Below, in pieces: positions 1 to 9,708 of a stretch of 32,000 nt of DNA (position 1 is its first letter; each line of letters begins with the position of its first letter). The stretch is from Ktedonobacterales bacterium (GTDB lineage: Bacteria; Chloroflexota; Ktedonobacteria; Ktedonobacterales; JADMIN01). Location: positions 2,070,001 through 2,102,000 of the forward strand of contig CP126532.1 in the NCBI GenBank assembly GCA_030167145.1, given 5' to 3'. The notes below the pieces were generated by a model. It searched no databases. It had not been told where the DNA came from and worked only from the letters and a program-made list of their open reading frames with translations. Made by a program: the position numbers and the translations under genes.

Positions 1-1134
1 GTGCTGCATGGTATGGCGGCGGGCGGCGACACCAAGATCATCGTCCTCGAAGTTCGCCCATTTGAGTATCTCTTTCTGGCGTACCTGCTAGCCTACAATC
101 TCGTCGCCACGAAGCAACACCTCAAGCTGTTCTTCTGGATCGTTATTCTGGGCGCGGGCGTTAAGTCGCTGCAAGGCATGTACATCGTCTACGGGATACT
201 TGGTGGTCACTTTGCGGACAAGAATGAGATCATGGCGCACGAGGAATCGTTCTTCTTCGCCGCGCTGCTGGTGCTGGTCGTCCTGTTCTGCCTGCAATAC
301 CGCTACCGCGCGCAACTCTATACCGCCCTCGCCATTCTGCCGTTCTTGCTTATCGCGCTCGTCGCCAACAACCGCCGCGCCGACTATATGGCGTTTCTGA
401 TCGGCGCGGTTATCGCCTGGGTGCTGGTGATCGTCGTCGCCAGCCCGCGCGCCCGCACGAAGCATCTGCTGGTGTTCGCGTTCTGCGCTGTGCTGGGATC
501 GGGCTATCTGGTCATATTCAGTCACGCCAGCGGCTCGTTCGCGGAACCGGCGCGCGGCATCGTTGCCTCGATCCACCCCGACCCATCTGATACGCGCGAT
601 GTCCTCTCTAACCTCTACCGCGATTTCGAAAACGCTGACCTGAAATACACTGCCAAGCAAAGTCCCGTCATTGGCTGGGGCTTTGGCAGACCATTCCTGC
701 AGCCACTGGTTCTCCCCAACATCATCACCCTTGATCCCTACTACCTCTATATCCCACACAACACGATCTACTGGATCATGATGCGACTGGGCATGATTGG
801 CTTCTTCGCGTTCTGGTATTTCATCGCGGCCATCATCATTCGTGGCGTCCACATTCTCCGGCGGCTCAACGACCGCTATCTGCAACTGATCGCGATCTAC
901 ATCGTCGCGATTACCTTCATGGAAATTGTCGTCGCCTACGCCGATTATCAGCTCTTCTTCTATCGCAACGTCATCTATCTGGGCCTGCTCGTCGGCATCC
1001 TGATGAAGCTCCCCGCGATTGACGCCAGCAGTGACGCCAGCGCCCAAGCCGTGCCTACGGCAGAACAGGCGGCGCAGAGGCCAGATATGCAGCCACGGAA
1101 AGACATCCAGAAAGAGGCGGTCGCGCCCCGATGA
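1..1134 (+). CDS. O-antigen ligase/polymerase-like (Wzy_C-type) polytopic membrane protein, probably 5'-truncated by the window edge
   Basis: Frame is open from base 1. The product is a multi-TM hydrophobic protein with a periplasmic-loop segment (NRRADYMAFLIG) typical of O-antigen ligase family proteins. Its TGA overlaps the next ATG (ATGA at 1131-1134). Confidence 0.55.
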   Translation: MLHGMAAGGDTKIIVLEVRPFEYLFLAYLLAYNLVATKQHLKLFFWIVILGAGVKSLQGMYIVYGILGGHFADKNEIMAHEESFFFAALLVLVVLFCLQYRYRAQLYTALAILPFLLIALVANNRRADYMAFLIGAVIAWVLVIVVASPRARTKHLLVFAFCAVLGSGYLVIFSHASGSFAEPARGIVASIHPDPSDTRDVLSNLYRDFENADLKYTAKQSPVIGWGFGRPFLQPLVLPNIITLDPYYLYIPHNTIYWIMMRLGMIGFFAFWYFIAAIIIRGVHILRRLNDRYLQLIAIYIVAITFMEIVVAYADYQLFFYRNVIYLGLLVGILMKLPAIDASSDASAQAVPTAEQAAQRPDMQPRKDIQKEAVAPR

Positions 1135-2327
1135 ACATCCTCGTCGTCACCCTCAACGTGCCGCGTCCATCCTGGGGCGCGGGCACCCGCAACTACCAGT
1201 TGTTGCGCGCCATGGGCGAGCGCCATCGCGTCTCGCTTTTCGCGCTCGCGGAAGATGCCCCGGCGGGCGAGCGCGACGCCGATTCGCTGCGCGAATTTAC
1301 CCGCGCTGTGTATGTCGTCCCTGTACCGGCGATCCAGCGTAAGCGCCTGCAACAGTTGCTCTGTGTCGCGCGTGGGCGCTCCTACTGGCTTACCGCCTAC
1401 TGCCCACCAGCGGCGGGTGCTGCGCTTGCGGCGCTTTGCCAGCGCGAGCACTTCGACGCGGTGGTTTTCGAGAGCGTGCTGGTCGCGGGCTACGCCACCC
1501 CGCCAGGCGCGCGGGTGATCATTGACCAGCACAACATCGAGCACGAATTGGTCTGGCGGACGTATGAGCAGGAGACCTCGCCTCTGCGCAAATGGTACAG
1601 CCGCATGGAATACACCCAACTCAAAAAGGGTGAACTGGAGCGCTGCCGCCGCGCTGATGCCATCCTCGTCACCAGCGAGCGCGAGCGTCTGCTGCTGGGC
1701 AAGCTGCTGCCAGAGAGCGTGATCGCGGTTGCGCCCAACGGGGTGGACCTGACCACTTTCTCGGCTGCGCCGCTCGACGGTGGCATGACCGAAGAAGTAG
1801 CCGACCGCATCGTCTTTACCGGAACGCTCGGCTACTATCCCAATGAGCAGGCCGTGCTGCACTTCGCTGAGCGCTGCTGGCCGCTGATCCGCAAGCAGGT
1901 TCCCCGCGCCACCTGGCAGATCGTCGGCAGCAATCCGCCCGACTCGGTGCGGCAACTCGGTGTGCTTCCGGGCGTCACGGTCACTGGGACAGTGCCTAGC
2001 GTACAGCCGTATCTCGCGGCAGCCAGTATCGCCGTCGTGCCGCTGCTGGTGGGCAGCGGCACCCGACTGAAGATACTCGAAGCGCTGGCGATGCGCAAGG
2101 CCATCGTCACCACCAGCCTCGGCTGCGAGGGCATCGCGCTCACTGCGGGTCAGCATGCGCTGATCGCCGACGAACCTGACGCCTTCGCGGCGGCGGTGGT
2201 GCGGCTGCTGAAGGAGCCGGAAACCCGCGCCGCACTGGGAGCCGCCGGGCGCGCGCTCGTCGAAGAACAGTATAGCTGGGACCGCTGCGCTGAGCCACTG
2301 GTGCGCGTCCTCGAAGAGACGAACTAG
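1131..2327 (+). CDS. Glycosyltransferase family 4 (GT-B, RfaB-like)
   Basis: C-terminal GT4 signature GSGTRLKILEALAMRKAIVTTSLGCEGI. ATGA start/stop overlap with the upstream gene. 398 aa. Confidence 0.8.
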   Translation: MNILVVTLNVPRPSWGAGTRNYQLLRAMGERHRVSLFALAEDAPAGERDADSLREFTRAVYVVPVPAIQRKRLQQLLCVARGRSYWLTAYCPPAAGAALAALCQREHFDAVVFESVLVAGYATPPGARVIIDQHNIEHELVWRTYEQETSPLRKWYSRMEYTQLKKGELERCRRADAILVTSERERLLLGKLLPESVIAVAPNGVDLTTFSAAPLDGGMTEEVADRIVFTGTLGYYPNEQAVLHFAERCWPLIRKQVPRATWQIVGSNPPDSVRQLGVLPGVTVTGTVPSVQPYLAAASIAVVPLLVGSGTRLKILEALAMRKAIVTTSLGCEGIALTAGQHALIADEPDAFAAAVVRLLKEPETRAALGAAGRALVEEQYSWDRCAEPLVRVLEETN

Positions 2328-2338
2328 CGGAGGTATCT

Positions 2339-3610
2339 ATGCAATTCCTGCACATCATTGGGTGGGTGGTGCTCGCGGCAGAGATCGCGCTGGCGCTGCC
2401 GATAGCGTACCTCTGCTTGCTCGCGCTCTCGGCCATCCTCACCGCGCGCCGTCGCCGAGTCAGCGCCGATGCTCCGTCCAGTGGTGGCCGGGAGCATACC
2501 ACCGCGAGCGCAGAGCCGCGTTTCGCCGTGCTCATCCCCGCGCACAACGAAGAAGCGATGATCGGCACGCTGCTGGCGAGTCTTGCCGAACTGCGCTACC
2601 CGCGCGACCACTACACGGTGTACGTTGTCGCCGACAACTGCACCGACCGCACCGCCGCAATCGCGGAACAGACCGGCTGGGCCAAAGCGCTGGTCCGCAC
2701 CGACGCCACACGCCGGGGCAAAGGCTATGCGCTAAGTTGGGCGTTCCAGCGATTGCACGACCAGCGGCCACATTACGATGCCTATGTCATTCTCGACGCC
2801 GATTCCATCGTCGTGCCTGGCTTCCTCGACGCTTTTGCCGCTGAATTCGCGCGCGGGGCGACCGCTATGCAGGCCTGTAACACCGTGCTGAACACGGTTG
2901 AATCGCCCAGCACCGCGCTGCGATGGCTTGCGCTGACCCTGATGAACCATGTACGCCCGCTGGGCCGCAACGGCCTGGGAGCCTCCTCCACCCTCACCGG
3001 CAATGGCATGTGCCTGAGCTACGAATTGCTCGAACGCTTCCCATGGGAGGCGTTCGGCGTGGCGGAAGACTATCAGTATTACCTTACGCTGGTTCTCAGC
3101 GGTCAGCGCGTGCGGTATGTGCCCGGAGCGCTGGTGCGTTCGCACATGCCCACCTCGTTCGCTCAGCTACAGACACAAGACATTCGCTGGGAATCGGGCG
3201 CACCCGAAACGTCTACCACGCGCACCGGCCTGCGGCTCATCGCCCGTGGCCTGCGCGCCCGCGACATCGTGCGTCTGGACGCCGCCGCCGAACTCTTCAC
3301 CCCGCCGCTCTCGCTGCTGCTGGGGAGCGTCGCGGCCATCTTCGTCGCCGCGCTCGTCGTGTCGCTGCTGCTGCGCTCGCCGCTACACATCACGCTGGCG
3401 ACGCTGCTGGCGCTTGGCCTCGCGGGCTATTGCGCCTCCGCTTTCGCTATGTTGCGTCCCCCACGCGCCGTCTACACCGCGCTGCTCTACGCCCCCGGCT
3501 ACATGGCGTGGAAGCTGTGGGTGCAGGTCGTCCTGCGCCGGAGCAAGAAATACGCGGGCAAATGGACACGCACCACCCGCCCCGCTGAACTGCCCGCTGA
3601 GGTGAAATGA
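2339..3610 (+). CDS. Membrane-anchored glycosyltransferase family 2 (processive synthase-like)
   Basis: GGAGG 7 nt upstream of the ATG. N-terminal TM, VLIPAHNEE, a DxD-type ILDADS motif, a Q-x-x-R-W type motif (QDIRW), and C-terminal TM helices. Confidence 0.8.
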   Translation: MQFLHIIGWVVLAAEIALALPIAYLCLLALSAILTARRRRVSADAPSSGGREHTTASAEPRFAVLIPAHNEEAMIGTLLASLAELRYPRDHYTVYVVADNCTDRTAAIAEQTGWAKALVRTDATRRGKGYALSWAFQRLHDQRPHYDAYVILDADSIVVPGFLDAFAAEFARGATAMQACNTVLNTVESPSTALRWLALTLMNHVRPLGRNGLGASSTLTGNGMCLSYELLERFPWEAFGVAEDYQYYLTLVLSGQRVRYVPGALVRSHMPTSFAQLQTQDIRWESGAPETSTTRTGLRLIARGLRARDIVRLDAAAELFTPPLSLLLGSVAAIFVAALVVSLLLRSPLHITLATLLALGLAGYCASAFAMLRPPRAVYTALLYAPGYMAWKLWVQVVLRRSKKYAGKWTRTTRPAELPAEVK

Positions 3611-4872
3611 GTATGAGAATGTCAAATGATACCATTCGCGTCGCCGCCGTCACCTTCGACTACTATCCCTTCGATGTGCGCGTGCGCCGTCTGGCCGAGG
3701 CGGCTGCCGACGCGGGCTACGACATGGACGTGATCTGCCTGCGCGAGCCAGGTGAGGCGCGCCGCGAAGTCTACAACGGCGTCAACATCTACCGCGTGCC
3801 GCAGCATCGTGGCTTCGGCAAGGCGCTGCCGCTCACCGTGCTGGCGTGGTGCTGGTTCATGCTGCTCAGTGGGGCTTTGCTGACACGGCTGCACCTGCGT
3901 CGCCGCTACGATGTCGTCCATGTCCACAACATGCCCGACTTCCTCGTATTCTGCGCCCTCATCCCCAAGCTCCTGGGCGCGAAGGTCATCCTGGACGTGC
4001 AGGATGTCAGCCCTGAATTGATGTCGGCCAAAGCCGGACAGGGACGCGCCCGCGCGCTGCTCTTCCGCCTGGCCGCACTGCAAGAGGCCATCTCCGCGCG
4101 CTTTGCCGATTCGGTGGTCACCGTCGGCTGGCCCTTCGAGCGGCTGCTGCTGGCCCGTGGAGTCCCCCAGAAGAAGCTCGCCATCGTGCTCAATAGCGCC
4201 GATCCCAAGCTCTTCCCACCGTCGCGCCGCTGTTCCGCGCCCAGCGAGCAGAGCCAGGGCAGCGCGGAGCAGCCGCTCATCATCATGTATTGGGGGACTG
4301 TCGCCGAGCGCAATGGCCTCGACATCGCTATTCGCGCGCTGGCGCTCGCGCAGAAGCAGATGCCCCACCTGCGGCTCGACATTATGGGCCGTGGTGAACA
4401 TCTACCCGCGCTGCGCCAGCTTGCCGACGAGCTAGGCGTCGCTGGGAGCGTCCGCGTCAGCGATCCCGTCCCTGCCGAGCGCATCGTAGACTTCGTCGTG
4501 CATGGCGACATCGGCATTATCCCCTACCGCGTTGATGGCTTCGCCGAACTGGTGCTGCCCACCAAAGCCTACGAACTCGCGTGGATGCGCCGCGCGATCA
4601 TCGCCTCAGATACCGACGCCATTCGCTCGATGTTCCGACCCGAATCGCTGATGCTCTGCGCGCCCAGCGACCCGGAGAGCTTCGCCGCCGCCATCGTCGC
4701 GCTCGCCAGCGACCCTGCCAGACGCGAGCAGTTGGTGGCCGCCGCCGCCGAAGACTACGTGCCGTATCAGTGGGAGGCCATGGGCGCCCGCTATCAACAC
4801 CTGCTCGCCACGCTCAGCCATAAGCGCGCCGCCGCTCGCGAACCCGAAACGGCTTCTGTCTCCACCCGCTAA
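3607..4872 (+). CDS. Glycosyltransferase family 4
   Basis: ATGA overlap with the GT2 stop (3607-3610). GT-B C-terminal region (IIPYRVDGFAELVLPTKAYELAWMRRAIIAS). Alternative in-frame ATGs at 3613 and 3619. Confidence 0.8.
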   Translation: MSMRMSNDTIRVAAVTFDYYPFDVRVRRLAEAAADAGYDMDVICLREPGEARREVYNGVNIYRVPQHRGFGKALPLTVLAWCWFMLLSGALLTRLHLRRRYDVVHVHNMPDFLVFCALIPKLLGAKVILDVQDVSPELMSAKAGQGRARALLFRLAALQEAISARFADSVVTVGWPFERLLLARGVPQKKLAIVLNSADPKLFPPSRRCSAPSEQSQGSAEQPLIIMYWGTVAERNGLDIAIRALALAQKQMPHLRLDIMGRGEHLPALRQLADELGVAGSVRVSDPVPAERIVDFVVHGDIGIIPYRVDGFAELVLPTKAYELAWMRRAIIASDTDAIRSMFRPESLMLCAPSDPESFAAAIVALASDPARREQLVAAAAEDYVPYQWEAMGARYQHLLATLSHKRAAAREPETASVSTR

Positions 4873-4926
4873 GACCGCGTGATACACTGGGGGCAGGCAT
4901 TGCAAACAACAAAGGGGGAACCGCTC

Positions 4927-5160
4927 ATGGCAACCATCGCCGACGAACTCACGTCACTCCTCGCGCAACTCCCACAGCGCGACCAGGAGCGCGTGCTCGA
5001 TTTCGCCCGTGCCCTCGCCCATCCACCCGACTTCCCCCACACCCCATTACCAGAAGGTAGTCCACCAGACGCTTTATTGCGGATCCGCGTTGATCCCGAA
5101 GTGGGTGAGGCCATGGAAAAAGCGATGGAGGAGTGCGAGCGGATCTGGCCCGATGAGTAG
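4927..5160 (+). CDS. Type II antitoxin (DUF2281-like N-terminus), partner of the downstream PIN toxin
   Basis: ATG at 4927 preceded by AAAGGGGGAA. N-terminus LLAQLPQRDQERVLDFARAL resembles the DUF2281-type antitoxin helix. The stop overlaps the toxin start by 8 nt. Confidence 0.6.
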   Translation: MATIADELTSLLAQLPQRDQERVLDFARALAHPPDFPHTPLPEGSPPDALLRIRVDPEVGEAMEKAMEECERIWPDE

Positions 5161-5569
5161 TGCTAGGCCGACAAGTGGAAGTGGCCTCTACATCCTGGAT
5201 ACGAGCATCTTGATCCTGTCGCTTCGGGGCGACGGTACGATACGCGCGCGGCTTGCGACAGCGACGAAGCTCTACATTCCAAGCACTGCGCTTGGCGAAC
5301 TGTATTTCGGCGCCTATGGTTCGCCAACCCGCTCTGCTGCTGCGCTGGCCGATGTCGCCGCGCTCGCGGCGACCAACACCATTCTGGGGACGGATGCGGT
5401 AACAGCGGATATTTATGGGCGCCTCAGGCAAGAACTCAAACACAAAGGTTTCTCCATGCCCGATAACGATCTTTGGATCGCCGCCACAGCCATCCAATAT
5501 GATGTGACGCTTGCCGCACGCGATGCCCACTTCAACTGGATTGACGGCTTGCGTGCCGAGCAGTGGTGA
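5153..5569 (+). CDS. vapC: PIN-domain ribonuclease toxin VapC
   Basis: LYILDTSILI (first acidic PIN residue), later GELYFGA, then PDNDLWIAATAI (PIN D-x-x-I-A-A motif). The ATG at 5153 lies inside the ATGAGTAG overlap with the antitoxin stop. Confidence 0.8.
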   Translation: MSSARPTSGSGLYILDTSILILSLRGDGTIRARLATATKLYIPSTALGELYFGAYGSPTRSAAALADVAALAATNTILGTDAVTADIYGRLRQELKHKGFSMPDNDLWIAATAIQYDVTLAARDAHFNWIDGLRAEQW

Positions 5570-5815
5570 GAGCCGCGCTTGGCCCTCCATTCCCAATCTC
5601 CCCCCTTGCTTTCACTCTCTCACTTCCTGCAATTCTCTGCGCTGGTACGTGCTCTGCGAACCCTCACACTAAGAGCAGCTTCCGCGACAACTGCGCTGTG
5701 CGCATTACATCAGGTGAAGCTACCTGCTAGTGAGTGGATGAACAATACCCTCCACACGATTCCCTATGAGCGCGCACCTCGGTAATTCCAGCATTTCGGC
5801 AAAGGGGGAGAGCAC

Positions 5816-7231
5816 ATGAGTGACCTGGCCAGCGATTCAACTCTTTCCGGAGGGCAGCGCTTCTCCTCCTCGCACATCATCCTGATCGCAGCGACAGCGG
5901 CGCTCGGCGGTTTCCTCTTTGGCTTTGATACCGCCGTCATCAACGGCGCGGTTGGCGCGATGCAGACACACTATGGCGCGTCCTCGCTCGCGCTGGGTTT
6001 CGCCGTCTCGGCGGCGCTCATCGGCTCAGCGGTCGGCGCGTGGTATGCCGGACCTTTCGCGGACCGCCTGGGCCGTATCCGCATGATGGAAATCGCCGCG
6101 CTGCTCTTCGCAGTCAGCACCCTGGGAACTGGTCTCGCTATCACCCTCGTGGACTTCAGCATCTGGCGCTTCATTGGCGGCATTGCCGTCGGCATCGCCA
6201 GCGTGATTGCGCCTGCCTATATTGCTGAGATTGCGCCAGCACACCTGCGCGGGCGACTCGGCTCGCTGCAACAGCTTGCTATCGTCAGCGGCATCTTCAT
6301 CGCCCTGCTCAGCGACTTCGCCATCGCTTCGGCAGCTGGCTCACCTTCGGCTACATTCCTCCTCGGCGCGCAGGCGTGGCGCTGGATGTTCTGGGCCGAA
6401 ATCATCCCCGCCATTGCCTACGGCACACTCGCGCTCACCATCCCTGAATCGCCGCGCTACCTTGTCGCGCAGGGCCGCGACGATGAGGCGGAGGCCGTAC
6501 TGCGCAGCATCGTCGGCGGCAGCGCCCACGCGAAGGTTGCAGAGATTTGGGAGACGGTCAAACATGAAGCGCGCCCACGCCTCGCCGACCTGCGCAGCAA
6601 TCGCTTCGGGCTGCTGCCTGTCGTCTGGATCGGCATAGGCCTCTCCGTGTTCCAGCAGTTTGTCGGTATCAACGTCATCTTTTACTATTCCAGCGTGCTC
6701 TGGCATGCCGTCGGCTTCTCTGAGCAGAGTGCGCTCGCCATCACCGTGATCACCAGCGTCACCAACATTGTCACCACATTGATCGCCATCTCCCTGGTAG
6801 ATCGCGTGGGCCGCAAGCCGCTGTTGCTGCTCGGATCCATCGGCATGTCCGTTTCACTGGGTCTGATGGCGTTCCTCTTCGGCACCGCCCCGCTCGATGC
6901 CGCTGGCTCGCCTGTTCTACAGGGTGCGGCAGGCCCAGCCGCGCTCATCGCTGCCAACCTCTTCGTCGTCTTCTTCGGATTCTCGTGGGGGCCAATCGTC
7001 TGGGTGCTGCTCGGGGAGATGTTCCCTAATAGCATTCGCGCCATCGCGCTATCGGTGGCGGCAGCCGCGCAATGGATCGCCAACTTTATTGTCTCGACCA
7101 CTTTCCCTTCACTCAAAGATGCAGGCCTGGGCCTGGCCTACGGCCTCTACACCACAGCCGCGATTCTCTCATTCTTCTTTGTGCTACGCTTTATACACGA
7201 AACAAAGGGCAAAGAACTGGAACAGATGTGA
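5816..7231 (+). CDS. MFS sugar porter family transporter (sugar/inositol:H+ symporter-like)
   Basis: 12-TM protein with sugar-porter motifs GRIRMM, PESPRYL, PNSIRA and C-terminal HETKGKELEQM. Strong SD AAGGGGGAG upstream. Confidence 0.85.
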   Translation: MSDLASDSTLSGGQRFSSSHIILIAATAALGGFLFGFDTAVINGAVGAMQTHYGASSLALGFAVSAALIGSAVGAWYAGPFADRLGRIRMMEIAALLFAVSTLGTGLAITLVDFSIWRFIGGIAVGIASVIAPAYIAEIAPAHLRGRLGSLQQLAIVSGIFIALLSDFAIASAAGSPSATFLLGAQAWRWMFWAEIIPAIAYGTLALTIPESPRYLVAQGRDDEAEAVLRSIVGGSAHAKVAEIWETVKHEARPRLADLRSNRFGLLPVVWIGIGLSVFQQFVGINVIFYYSSVLWHAVGFSEQSALAITVITSVTNIVTTLIAISLVDRVGRKPLLLLGSIGMSVSLGLMAFLFGTAPLDAAGSPVLQGAAGPAALIAANLFVVFFGFSWGPIVWVLLGEMFPNSIRAIALSVAAAAQWIANFIVSTTFPSLKDAGLGLAYGLYTTAAILSFFFVLRFIHETKGKELEQM

Positions 7232-7246
7232 TAAGGTGACACACGC

Positions 7247-7888
7247 ATGGCAACCACCTGGCTGGATATTTCCGTTCCGCTGCATACCGGCATGGTCCAC
7301 TGGCCCGACAACCCACCCGTGCGTATTTCGCGCATGCTGGATATTGAACGCGGCGACCAGTGCAACGTCTCGGTGCTTTCGATGGGATCGCATACCGGCA
7401 CCCACATGGATGCCCCTGTGCATTGGATTCGCGATGGCAAGGGCATTGATACGCTTCCCCCTGACGCTACCATCGGCCCCGCACGTGTCATCGAAATCCA
7501 CGACACTGTCTCCGTCAAGCCTGAGGAACTGCGCCCACACGCCCTGCAGCGCGGCGAGCGGGTGTTGCTCAAGACTCCTAATTCTATCCGCTGCTGGGGC
7601 ACCGACACCTTTATCGAAGACTTCGTCTTTATCTCGCGCGAAGCCGCCGCATATCTTGTCTCGTGCGGCGTGCAAACGATTGGCATTGATTACCTCTCCG
7701 TCGGTGGCTTCCAGACCGACGCCGCGGAGACACATCGCATGCTGCTTGAAGGCGGCATCTGGGTGATCGAAGGCTTGAACCTCGCGCAGGCACAGCCGGG
7801 AACCTACGAATTGGTTTGCCTGCCGCTCCGGATTGTTGGAGGCGACGGCGCGCCCGCTCGCGCGCTGCTGCGCCAGGAGGGCAAGTGA
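7247..7888 (+). CDS. Cyclase family protein / kynurenine (aryl)formamidase-like metal hydrolase
   Basis: HTGTHMDAPVHW matches the HxGTHxDxPxH metal-binding motif of the cyclase/KynB family. SD AAGGTGA 7 nt upstream. Confidence 0.75.
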   Translation: MATTWLDISVPLHTGMVHWPDNPPVRISRMLDIERGDQCNVSVLSMGSHTGTHMDAPVHWIRDGKGIDTLPPDATIGPARVIEIHDTVSVKPEELRPHALQRGERVLLKTPNSIRCWGTDTFIEDFVFISREAAAYLVSCGVQTIGIDYLSVGGFQTDAAETHRMLLEGGIWVIEGLNLAQAQPGTYELVCLPLRIVGGDGAPARALLRQEGK

Positions 7889-8122
7889 AGCGCAGCCCCT
7901 CTGAGCCGTTCCGAAGATGGCTGACCCGCGCTCCCGGCTGCGCGCGGTTCAACGATCACCTCAACACGCGCACAAAGCACGGCTGCAGAATGGGAAGCCA
8001 TGGCATGCGTCATGCGCGTGTGACGAACACTACAGCACAGTCATAGCTCTGCCATATCCATCATACCGGCGTAAGGAATCCCGTATCTTGTGACGGATGG
8101 TTTGTCCACCCTTCACTGCCAT

Positions 8123-8146
8123 CAGGAGTCATACCAGGAGTCATAC
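8123..8146. repeat. Perfect 12-nt tandem duplication CAGGAGTCATAC x2 carrying the Shine-Dalgarno of the DUF2252 gene
   Basis: Read directly: CAGGAGTCATAC at 8123-8134 and 8135-8146, followed by gATG. Confidence 0.9.
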
Positions 8147-8147
8147 G

Positions 8148-9611
8148 ATGAGTGTCTCTGCCCTACCACCCATTTCGTCATCACCTATGCCCGTGCCTCC
8201 GAAGCGTAGCGCCGGCACTACTGCCGGGACCATGGCCCCCCCACCGCACGCCGTCATCGTTGAGCGTCGCGCCTATGGTGTCACCCGCCGCAACGACGCG
8301 CCGCGTTCGAGCCATGCCCTCTGGACCCCCTCACCCGACCGGCCAGATCCTATCAGTCTACTCGAAGCGTCCAACCGCTCGCGCATCCACGATCTGACCC
8401 CAATCCGCTATGGCCGGATGCTCGCCTCGCCGTTCGCGTTTCTGCGCGGCTCAGCCATCATCATGGCCTCGGATCTCTCCACCACGCCCAATAGTGGTAT
8501 ACATGTTCAGCTTACCGGTGACGCCCACATCTGTAATTATGGGGTGTTTGCCACTCCTGAGCGCAAGGTGGTCTTCGGCATCAATGATTTCGACGAGACC
8601 CTCCCCGGCCCCTGGGAGTGGGATCTCAAACGGCTGGCCGCCAGCATCATCGTCGCGGGACGCGAGAACGGCTTCTCCAACGCCACGTGCCGCGAAGCCG
8701 CTGAACTGGCGGTGCGCACCTACCGCGAGCGGATGCACGAGTTCAGCACGATGTCGCACATGGAAGTCTGGTGCTTCGAGATAGATGTGCGGCAGCTCTT
8801 CAGTTCCCTGATGGATGAGGCAGACATGCAGCGTGGCAAGCGCGCCATCAAAAAAACCGACCAGCGTACCGTGAGGCAGGCAGAACGCCGCACCGCCGAC
8901 CGCGACCTGGGCAAGCTCGCCGAGGTCGTGAACGGGCAGCTCCGCCTCAAGAACAATCCACCGTTGCTGGTCCGCGTTGAAGATCCCAAGATGCTTGAAC
9001 GGCTCAGAGGGCTGACTGAACGCTATCGCGCCACCCTGGAAGACAACCGCGATGTGCTGCTCAATCGTTATCATCTGGTGGATGTCGCGCGCAAAGTCGT
9101 CGGTGTGGGCAGCGTCGGCACCTACTGCGGCATCGCCCTGATGCTGGGCAACGACGGCGAAGATCCGCTCTTCTTGCAGCTCAAAGAGGCGCAGCCCTCG
9201 GTGATGGAGGCGTATGTCGGTCGCAGCCGCTTTAGCAATTCGGGCCAGCGCGTGGTGTATGGCCAGCGGTTGATTCAGGCAGCCAGTGACATCTTCCTTG
9301 GCTGGACGCGCTCTGGCAACATAGACTTCTATGTTCGCCAGTTGCACGATATGAAGTATTCACCGGAGATAGACGAACTCGACAAGGTCAACTTTACGGT
9401 GTATGTGATGGCCTGCGCGTATGCATTGGCGCGGGCGCATGCCCGTTCTGGCGACGCCGCGCAGATCAGCGGCTACATCGGCGGCAGCGACAAATTCGAC
9501 CGCGCCATCACTACTTTTGCCGAGGTCTACGCCGACCAGAACGAACGTGACTATACGGAATTGGTGGCAGCGACGCGCAGCGGCCGTGTTCCCGCTGAGA
9601 TGGGCGTCTAG
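8148..9611 (+). CDS. DUF2252 domain protein (function unknown)
   Basis: Characteristic DUF2252 N-terminal block: PDPISLLE..NRSRIHDLTPIRYGRMLASPFAFLRGSA..MA.DL...QLTGDAHICNYG...NDFDETLPGPWEWDLKRLAAS. Start set at the ATG at 8148 behind AGGAG. The track ORF starts at 8097. Confidence 0.75.
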   Translation: MSVSALPPISSSPMPVPPKRSAGTTAGTMAPPPHAVIVERRAYGVTRRNDAPRSSHALWTPSPDRPDPISLLEASNRSRIHDLTPIRYGRMLASPFAFLRGSAIIMASDLSTTPNSGIHVQLTGDAHICNYGVFATPERKVVFGINDFDETLPGPWEWDLKRLAASIIVAGRENGFSNATCREAAELAVRTYRERMHEFSTMSHMEVWCFEIDVRQLFSSLMDEADMQRGKRAIKKTDQRTVRQAERRTADRDLGKLAEVVNGQLRLKNNPPLLVRVEDPKMLERLRGLTERYRATLEDNRDVLLNRYHLVDVARKVVGVGSVGTYCGIALMLGNDGEDPLFLQLKEAQPSVMEAYVGRSRFSNSGQRVVYGQRLIQAASDIFLGWTRSGNIDFYVRQLHDMKYSPEIDELDKVNFTVYVMACAYALARAHARSGDAAQISGYIGGSDKFDRAITTFAEVYADQNERDYTELVAATRSGRVPAEMGV

Positions 9612-9648
9612 CGAGCAAGGATAGAAGAGACATCGCCAAGTGAGGGAT

Positions 9649-9673
9649 GCGGCAGCGAGAAATACGCTGCCGC
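9649..9673. terminator. Perfect 9-bp stem hairpin between convergent genes (candidate bidirectional terminator)
   Basis: GCGGCAGCG-agaaata-CGCTGCCGC. It lies between the DUF2252 stop (9611) and the ABM-gene stop (9709). There is no clear U-tract. Confidence 0.4.
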
Positions 9674-9708
9674 GCGGCAAATGTTGTGAATGACGCTATT
9701 CCTGGACG

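Noticed and set aside
975-2156. 393-aa minus-strand ORF antisense to the Wzy-like/GT4 genes. Similar long antisense or shadow ORFs include 88-1047(-), 3622-4401(-), 8451-9347(-), 10206-11183(-), 12042-13073(+), 18546-19496(+), 21608-22477(-), 23165-24532(-), 24998-26647(-) and 26785-27987(-).
   Set aside because: Their translations are Arg/His/Gly/Ala-rich with no motifs. They lie opposite genes with clear family signatures. Stop-free antisense frames are expected at this GC content.
5579-5785. 68-aa ORF in the spacer between vapC and the sugar transporter.
   Set aside because: It has no SD, and its composition is unlike neighbouring genes (Leu/Ser/Ala-rich, low complexity). The region is more likely the promoter and leader of the transporter.
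7965-8020. 8-bp inverted repeat CACGCGCA...TGCGCGTG with a 40-nt loop (containing GCCATGGC) upstream of the DUF2252 gene, considered as a terminator or riboswitch stem.
   Set aside because: It is a single long-range pairing with a large unstructured loop, no U-tract and no supporting covariation available. It could arise by chance in GC-rich sequence.
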